20,000 nucleotides of DNA from an uncultured virus (IMG/VR IMGVR_UViG_3300030109_002631) (lineage: Duplodnaviria; Heunggongvirae; Uroviricota; Caudoviricetes). The notes under the pieces were generated by a model that did not search any database, was not told where the DNA came from, and saw only the letters and a list, made by a program, of their open reading frames with translations. Where the stretch lies: positions 46,266-66,265 of IMG/VR virus record IMGVR_UViG_3300030109_002631; one strand, written 5' to 3'. Every line of letters starts with the position of its first letter. The stretch's first letter is position 1. This document shows, one piece after another, positions 14,382 through 20,000 of this stretch. Both the position numbers and the translations under genes were made by a program.

Positions 14382-16606
14382 AAGTTCCGTTGATGGCTTC
14401 ACTCTCTCCCAAGACAATAGACTTGAGAGACAAGAGCCTTAAAGTAAAGTTGTATAGAAATGGTCAAGCTGAGGTAGTTAAATCTCCTTATCTTCCATAC
14501 TTCTATACTGAGGGGCCTAAGATGAGTGAGCCATACACAGCGATAGCTTCAGACCAGAAACTTCATTTACAAAAACATTACTATACTCCCGGCAGAGATA
14601 TACTTCCGAAGACAGCGCTTTTTGATGGTGGAAGAGAGTCTCTCTTAGAGAGGCTATGTATTGAACATCCAGACTTTTTCTCTCATTTCCCTAATGAACA
14701 GGAAGTGAGGTGTTTGGTGTTTGATATTGAGACACACTCCCCCGATGGGTCTTTCCCCTTTGGAGAAAAATACCCAGTAGTAGCCATTGGTGTCGTTACT
14801 TCTACTGGAGAGCGCGAAGTCTTTTTATGGGACGGTGAAAACGATAAGGAAGTTCTATGGGACTTTGCAAAGTATGTCAAGGAATACGACCCTGACATCC
14901 TCTGTGGCTATAATTTGGTGGGTTATGATATCCCTCAGATTCTCCACAGGGTAAAGCATCACGGAATACAACGTAAACAATATCTATCTTATTTAAATAG
15001 AGATGGTATCACATGGGGATTTGAGTCCCCTAAAGACCAGAAAGACCTTAAGATGAACGCTGGAGGACGTATAGTCCTCGATTTACTGAGGTGGACTCGC
15101 CTTGACTACTCACTATCAGGCATTCCACGTGGATTAAAGAGTGTTGCAAGAAATTTTGGATTGGACCCCATTGAGTTAGACTTTGAAAACAAAGCTCTAC
15201 TTGATTACGACATCAAGGAGATACACGAATATGTATTAAGCGATGTTGACGCAACCCTTTATTTATATAACCATTATTTCCCTCAGATTCAGTATATCGC
15301 AGAGACTTTATGCGTTCCTCTGGCAACCTATTGTAATGCCCCCAGTAGCTATATTACGAAAATTCTACAGGGCAGGTCTCTATTTAAGCAACGCATAGTA
15401 ACGCTTACAAATAACAAAACAAGGCACCCAGAGATATTTAGAGCTGACAAGGGTAACTATCAAGCTGCCCACATAGAGCTTTATCAAGCTGGTTACCATG
15501 AGAGAAATATCAAGGTAGACTTTAGCTCTTTCTATCCATCAATCGCAATGGCGCTTAATCTGGGACCAGATACTACACAGATTGTAGGCTATGATGACTA
15601 TCAAGATAAGATAGAATTCAAAGATGGTATATTATATGTGCCAGATAATAAAGTAGATAAGCGACTCATGCTCAAGATAGACCAAAACAAGAAGAGTTGT
15701 CTATATGAAATGTGTAATCTATTTAAAGAGATGCGAAAGCCTTATAAGCTTGGGTCAACGAAAGGAGATAAGAGCAGGTCCAATGCTCTAAAAATAATGG
15801 TGAATACCTTTTATGGTGCAAACGCTAATCCTTACATTAGCTATGGTGATATGGGGGTGGGCATTGCTATCACGGCAATTGCGCGCTGGCTCCTTCTATC
15901 AGGTGTCGATATTATCAATAGCCGATATGGAGAAGATGCTGTGGTATATGTACATACTGATGGGATTAATACTAATGTGGATGTCGACGTCGAATGGCTC
16001 ACTAACAGACTAAGAAGAGTCCTTAAACATCACATACCAGATTCAGAACCCGAACATATCGCAATGGATAAAGACTACTTTAAGGAAGGAGTCTGGTTAC
16101 AGATAGGTAACTATGTCCTTCGTAACGAAGATGGTAGTCTCACTAAACATGGGTCTACATTTAAAGCTACCTCTCGTTCTAAATTCTACTTAAGAGTATT
16201 GGAAAAGCTTATTGAAGCGCGACTTGACAATACGATTAATCATTCTTTTATTGATAAACTATATGATTTAAAAGAATATGAGTTAGATGATTTTGTTATG
16301 CGTCGTGCTATGCATAGGCCGTTAGAAGAATATAAATCTCAAACTGATTTAACAGTTCAACTAATTAAGAAAGGACAAGAGATAGGAATAGAACCTGCTG
16401 AAGGAACAGCATATCATTATGTTAAAGCTAAAACTGGATATGAACTGAGAGATGTAGTTAATGGAGTTGAGGACATAGATATGCGTTACTATTGGGACAC
16501 TGTTAGTACACTACTCGATAAGTTTGGATTAAAAGATAGGATAAGGAAGAGACCTCCATTAACTTTATTGGATGAAAAACAACAATCCTTAGCAGAGTGG
16601 ATATGA
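14378..16606 (+). CDS. polB: Family B DNA polymerase with 3'-5' exonuclease
   Basis: ExoI DIE, ExoII YNLVGYD, ExoIII YVLSD; motif A DFSSFYPS, motif B KIMVNTFYG, variant motif C YVHTDG. Confidence 0.95.
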   Translation: MKVPLMASLSPKTIDLRDKSLKVKLYRNGQAEVVKSPYLPYFYTEGPKMSEPYTAIASDQKLHLQKHYYTPGRDILPKTALFDGGRESLLERLCIEHPDFFSHFPNEQEVRCLVFDIETHSPDGSFPFGEKYPVVAIGVVTSTGEREVFLWDGENDKEVLWDFAKYVKEYDPDILCGYNLVGYDIPQILHRVKHHGIQRKQYLSYLNRDGITWGFESPKDQKDLKMNAGGRIVLDLLRWTRLDYSLSGIPRGLKSVARNFGLDPIELDFENKALLDYDIKEIHEYVLSDVDATLYLYNHYFPQIQYIAETLCVPLATYCNAPSSYITKILQGRSLFKQRIVTLTNNKTRHPEIFRADKGNYQAAHIELYQAGYHERNIKVDFSSFYPSIAMALNLGPDTTQIVGYDDYQDKIEFKDGILYVPDNKVDKRLMLKIDQNKKSCLYEMCNLFKEMRKPYKLGSTKGDKSRSNALKIMVNTFYGANANPYISYGDMGVGIAITAIARWLLLSGVDIINSRYGEDAVVYVHTDGINTNVDVDVEWLTNRLRRVLKHHIPDSEPEHIAMDKDYFKEGVWLQIGNYVLRNEDGSLTKHGSTFKATSRSKFYLRVLEKLIEARLDNTINHSFIDKLYDLKEYELDDFVMRRAMHRPLEEYKSQTDLTVQLIKKGQEIGIEPAEGTAYHYVKAKTGYELRDVVNGVEDIDMRYYWDTVSTLLDKFGLKDRIRKRPPLTLLDEKQQSLAEWI

Positions 16607-17205
16607 AAGACCCAAAAACAGGATATGGTAGAAACCCTATCTATTACTATGATGATGAAATAGCAGAGTGTAGTTGTCCTGATTGTAAACCTTACAAAAT
16701 GTGCTGGCCCCGTGAAATGTTTGGAGCTGGAGCACATGATAATCTAAGAGGGTGTAGTATGTGGACATTAACTTGCACTCAATGGAACAAACAAAAGGAT
16801 AGACGTAATGACATCGAATGGTATACCTTTCTTAGATGGAGGAGTTTAATGTCACAAGAAGGTAATAAACTTCCACCAATTCAAAGATATAAAACTACAA
16901 AGGAAACTCGCGCTAACAATATTTTATTTAATGAATCCTTCTTACCTCTCTTTTCAGGATTAGAGAAGGACGAAGAAGGTTATTATATATGTCCAGTGCT
17001 GGGTATAAGAATGGAGTTAGAAGATTATGTTGAAGGAGCTTGTAATCAAAGATGGTCTTCACCGAGTGTAGATAGAATAGATTCTACTAAAGAACATCAT
17101 ATAGATAACATTCAGATTATATCGTGGAGAGCTAATAATTTAAAATCAAATGCATCATTAGATGAATTAAGACAATTAGGTGCTTGGGCGGAACAGCTAT
17201 GTTAG
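16603..17205 (+). CDS. HNH-superfamily (SxDRID-type) endonuclease, putative free-standing homing endonuclease
   Basis: CPVLG...SPSVDRIDS..EHHIDNIQIISWRANNLKSN; ATG 16603 overlaps the polB stop. Confidence 0.8.
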   Translation: MKDPKTGYGRNPIYYYDDEIAECSCPDCKPYKMCWPREMFGAGAHDNLRGCSMWTLTCTQWNKQKDRRNDIEWYTFLRWRSLMSQEGNKLPPIQRYKTTKETRANNILFNESFLPLFSGLEKDEEGYYICPVLGIRMELEDYVEGACNQRWSSPSVDRIDSTKEHHIDNIQIISWRANNLKSNASLDELRQLGAWAEQLC

Positions 17206-17207
17206 GG

Positions 17208-17221
17208 CAAGCTTTATATAC
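17208..17221 (+). promoter_or_regulatory. Archaeal TATA promoter
   Basis: CAAGCTTTATATAC, a copy of the repeated motif. Confidence 0.7.
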
Positions 17222-17288
17222 TAATTCGTCTGAATTAAATACAGGACTGTCCGTAAGACAGCTCCTAACCCTATGGGACGTGAATAAA

Positions 17289-17483
17289 ATGGACGAAAAT
17301 GATAGTAAACAATTAGCATCTTTTTTGCAAGATGCAGAAGTCAAGATTGTGTGGCGTGAAGAGGACAAGACGAAAGTCGGTAGAGGAAAGATAACGAATG
17401 ACGATGAAAATTTTGTATATCTTACTGGTGAAAAAGGGACCGTTATCGTAAACAAGCGAGACATAATAGCAATAAAACAATAA
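17289..17483 (+). CDS. Small Sm/LSm/Hfq-like beta-barrel protein
   Basis: 64 aa from ATG 17289: N-terminal helix, then V.IVW...GKI..DDENFVYL...VIVNK.DI..I, a pattern consistent with an Sm fold. Confidence 0.55.
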   Translation: MDENDSKQLASFLQDAEVKIVWREEDKTKVGRGKITNDDENFVYLTGEKGTVIVNKRDIIAIKQ

Positions 17484-17493
17484 GGTAATTATT

Positions 17494-19068
17494 ATGATTA
17501 AACAGCCCTCACCGCAATCACAGGCAGCAGCTCAAACAGTTACACCTTTCCAGTCTGTACCAGAAGACAGGGTAGGTAAATACTCACACGAGTTAAAATT
17601 TAAACCTAAAAAAGATAAGCTAAGGATAATGACAGTATCAGATAGTCCTTGGGCACCTACAGGATTTGGAACTAACACTAAAAATATATCATGTATATTA
17701 ACTAAGGAAGGACACCATATAGGGTATGGAGGATGTCAGAATCCACACCATGCAAAATGGGAAACTCCATGGCCATTAGGTCAAGATAAAGAATGGGTAG
17801 CCTTTGAAAATCTACCTATAATGTTTCCGGGAGATGAAAAGTATGGTGCTAAATCTTTCCCTCATTGGTGTACAGGATTCCAACCAAATTTAATATTAGC
17901 TCACTTAGATTTCCAAATGTTTCAGCATATAACTGATTCGAAGATACCTAACTTTATGCAATTACCATTACGAAAACCAGATGGTACATGGTTAAGTCGT
18001 AAAGAAAGACAAGATATGTTTAACAATGCATATAAAGAAGTTAGAAAAGGTGTAGAGTGGAAGCTCGGAGTTATTATACCTTACGATGGAGAACCGTCAT
18101 TACCACAATGGCAGAGACAAGTAGATGTTATTGATTATGGAGTAGCAATGTCACGCTATGGACAGATAGGACTTAAAAAAGATTTTAATATTGATACTAC
18201 ATATATTCCACACGGAGTAGATTGTAATTTATTTAAACCTATTATGAACCCAAACTATGGTAAAGTCCCTCTTACAGATGTAGCTGGAGATGCTTTTGTT
18301 GTAGGCACAGTATCAAGAAATCAACATAGAAAAAACATTCCCCGTCTGGTTAAAGGATTTGCTCAGTTCGTTAAGAAGAATAACCTCAGTCCAAAACAAG
18401 CTAAATTAATTTTACACATGGATTGGCAGGATTTTATGGGCTGGCCATTCCCACAATTTGCAGACCAATATGGAGTAGGGGATTATTTATTACCTTCTCT
18501 AATGGGAACTTTAGATAAAGGTGAAGCTATTGATGAAGCAGGAATGGCTCATTTATATAATTGTATGGATGTATTTGTTCTACCAACAGGTGGAGAAGGA
18601 TTTGGTATTCCAACCTTGGAAGCTATGTCTTGTGGTGTTCCTATATGCGCTACTAATTATACAACATCATATGAACTTATTAAGAGTGATAACCCTGAGA
18701 CTGAAGATGTGCCTATGTATCCTTTAGGTGGAGGTCACTATGACCCAATGCCTCACGGACGAGACCATCTTGAAGAAGAAGATTTTTGTGAGAGAGGTAT
18801 ACTACTTCCTTACAAAGATATGTGGTGGGACACACCTAACAGAGCAGCACCACAAAGAGCTAATGTATCAGAAAACGCTATATGTGAAGCTCTACAATAT
18901 TATTATGATAACCCAACTAAGAAATTAGCAGCTGGTGCAGCAGGACGTAAACATGCTAAGGAACATTACGATTGGCATGGACCTATAGGTAAGAGATGGG
19001 TTGATTGGATAAACATGGTTCAGAAAGACATGGAACCTAAAAGAAAGGTGTCAAGGAAAAAGAAATGA
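17494..19068 (+). CDS. GT-B fold glycosyltransferase (GT4 family)
   Basis: SDSP..PTGFG, IPHGVD...F.P, RNQHRKN, DVFVLPT.GEGFGIPTLEAMSCGVP. Confidence 0.93.
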   Translation: MIKQPSPQSQAAAQTVTPFQSVPEDRVGKYSHELKFKPKKDKLRIMTVSDSPWAPTGFGTNTKNISCILTKEGHHIGYGGCQNPHHAKWETPWPLGQDKEWVAFENLPIMFPGDEKYGAKSFPHWCTGFQPNLILAHLDFQMFQHITDSKIPNFMQLPLRKPDGTWLSRKERQDMFNNAYKEVRKGVEWKLGVIIPYDGEPSLPQWQRQVDVIDYGVAMSRYGQIGLKKDFNIDTTYIPHGVDCNLFKPIMNPNYGKVPLTDVAGDAFVVGTVSRNQHRKNIPRLVKGFAQFVKKNNLSPKQAKLILHMDWQDFMGWPFPQFADQYGVGDYLLPSLMGTLDKGEAIDEAGMAHLYNCMDVFVLPTGGEGFGIPTLEAMSCGVPICATNYTTSYELIKSDNPETEDVPMYPLGGGHYDPMPHGRDHLEEEDFCERGILLPYKDMWWDTPNRAAPQRANVSENAICEALQYYYDNPTKKLAAGAAGRKHAKEHYDWHGPIGKRWVDWINMVQKDMEPKRKVSRKKK

Positions 19069-19439
19069 ATTTAGTATTTGGAATGGATGGAGTCATATGC
19101 ACTCCATGTAAAGACTACCATGATGTAGAACTAGCAAGACCGTTAGCCAACGTAAAAGATTTTATGATGTGGCTAATGAAAAACGAACACCATATAACGA
19201 TTTGGTGTAAAAGACCTAACTCATTAGATTGGGTTATGGCCACAAAGGAATGGTTAATGGAGAATCAAATACCGTATGATAGGTTATTGTTTGATAGACC
19301 ATATAATCCAGTCATGGTAACTGAAACACCGCCAAATTCAAAATATTACAAACATGATAATGACTTATGTATAGTCGCAGATATGTTTGAGGAGTGGAAA
19401 GATTATGTTAGGAAAGAATGGACCGATAGTCAAAGTTAA
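19065..19439 (+). CDS. HAD-superfamily phosphatase-like protein, probably catalytically degenerate
   Basis: LVFGMDGVIC (DxDG with D to G), HHITIW..R, TKEWL..NQIPYDRLLF.RP. Confidence 0.72.
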   Translation: MNLVFGMDGVICTPCKDYHDVELARPLANVKDFMMWLMKNEHHITIWCKRPNSLDWVMATKEWLMENQIPYDRLLFDRPYNPVMVTETPPNSKYYKHDNDLCIVADMFEEWKDYVRKEWTDSQS

Positions 19440-19680
19440 ATGGAGAGACTGCGCACAGCAGATTAAAGTATCTCAGATAGATATAAAGGAACCCTCTAAC
19501 CATCTCTCATATTGTGAGAGTATAGGGGAAAAGGTAGCAGATGACGGAAAGGCTTTAATACTCGTACAACACTGGTCAGATGTTGACGGAGTAGATATAC
19601 TTGCAATCCCTTGGGATTGGTGTATCGAAGTCGAGGAGTTAAAATGTATTTCAGAGAATTCGGAATCCCAGCAAGAATAG
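19405..19680 (+). CDS. Conserved-looking small viral hypothetical protein
   Basis: IVKVKWRD...CESIG...IP..CI pattern common in small phage proteins; ATG 19405 with GAGGAG SD. Confidence 0.62.
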   Translation: MLGKNGPIVKVKWRDCAQQIKVSQIDIKEPSNHLSYCESIGEKVADDGKALILVQHWSDVDGVDILAIPWDWCIEVEELKCISENSESQQE

Positions 19681-20000
19681 CCCGCTGTTACTCAGTAGAG
19701 GAATTAGAAACGCAAGTAAAAAAGTTTAACGAAAAGAAGAACTGTTACACAAGTGTCTATGTATTTGATGACGCTAAAGATAAAGCAGATGGAAAGACAA
19801 ACTATGAATCAGCTATGCTGAATACAATATGGTTTGACTTTGATGATAATAAGGATGTTAAAAAATGTTTGATGGATGTGAGAAAATTTATACGCCGGTT
19901 TTGCAAACCACAAAAGATTATCCCAAGGATATATCTTACAGGGGGAAAGGGCTTTCAAATGAATATAGACTTTCATTCACCAGTGGACTTACCGGAACAC
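19644..20000 (+). CDS. Archaeo-eukaryotic primase catalytic subunit (PriS-like), 5' part, runs off the window
   Basis: Open from ATG 19644 (GAGGAG SD): MYFREFG...YTSVY...IWFDFD...RIYLTGGKGFQ; absent from the ORF track because no stop lies in the window. Confidence 0.85.
   Translation, partial: MYFREFGIPARIARCYSVEELETQVKKFNEKKNCYTSVYVFDDAKDKADGKTNYESAMLNTIWFDFDDNKDVKKCLMDVRKFIRRFCKPQKIIPRIYLTGGKGFQMNIDFHSPVDLPEH

Larger units (their letters stand above)
1..20000 (+). mobile_element. Fragment of an archaeal dsDNA virus genome (probably Caudoviricetes, magrovirus-like)
   Basis: Dense co-oriented genes with ATGA/TAATG overlaps and many tiny ORFs. Virus-type replication block (PolB, AEP primase, SSB, helicase-like ATPase, HNH, MazG). 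Archaeal signals: BRE-TATA promoters, GGTGA SD, aIF-1A. No capsid genes in the window, so taxonomy is inferred. Confidence 0.8.

Noticed and set aside
637..18928. Remaining minus-strand ORFs and nested + strand ORFs (for example 788-1144, 1268-1615, 15813-16013, 18521-18727, 18728-18928)
   Set aside because: They overlap well-supported genes and show no family motifs or expression signals.
1..20000. CRISPR array, tRNA or rRNA genes, IS elements, inteins
   Set aside because: No regularly spaced repeats, complete cloverleafs or transposase motifs were seen, and polB has no intein-sized insertion.

Overview
The window reads as part of a dsDNA virus genome infecting archaea, most plausibly a tailed virus of marine Poseidoniales (magrovirus-like; this assignment is inference). 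All credible genes are on the + strand and tightly packed. Several transcription units start at a repeated archaeal BRE/TATA element, (G/C)AAAGCTTTATATA, and genes often carry GGTGA/GAGGT ribosome-binding sites. The left part holds a MoxR-type AAA+ ATPase and VWA pair, a pyrimidine-dimer glycosylase, a RecU/Hjc-like resolvase, a compact phytoene/squalene-synthase-like protein, a stand-alone WYL protein and many unannotated microproteins, several with zinc-finger motifs. The right part is a replication block (Hsp20, AbrB, gp32-like SSB, AAA+ helicase-like ATPase, aIF-1A, MazG, PolB, HNH nuclease), followed by an Sm-like protein, a GT4 glycosyltransferase, a degenerate HAD protein and the 5' part of an AEP primase. 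The standout feature is the non-coding gap at about 4583-5124. By manual pairing it folds into a large multi-junction RNA with paired ends followed by ACCA, directly abutting helices, candidate pseudoknots and a long loop-loop pairing with an upstream hairpin. I could not match it to tRNA, RNase P, SRP or tmRNA. All family calls come from motif recognition by eye; no database searches or folding programs were run.
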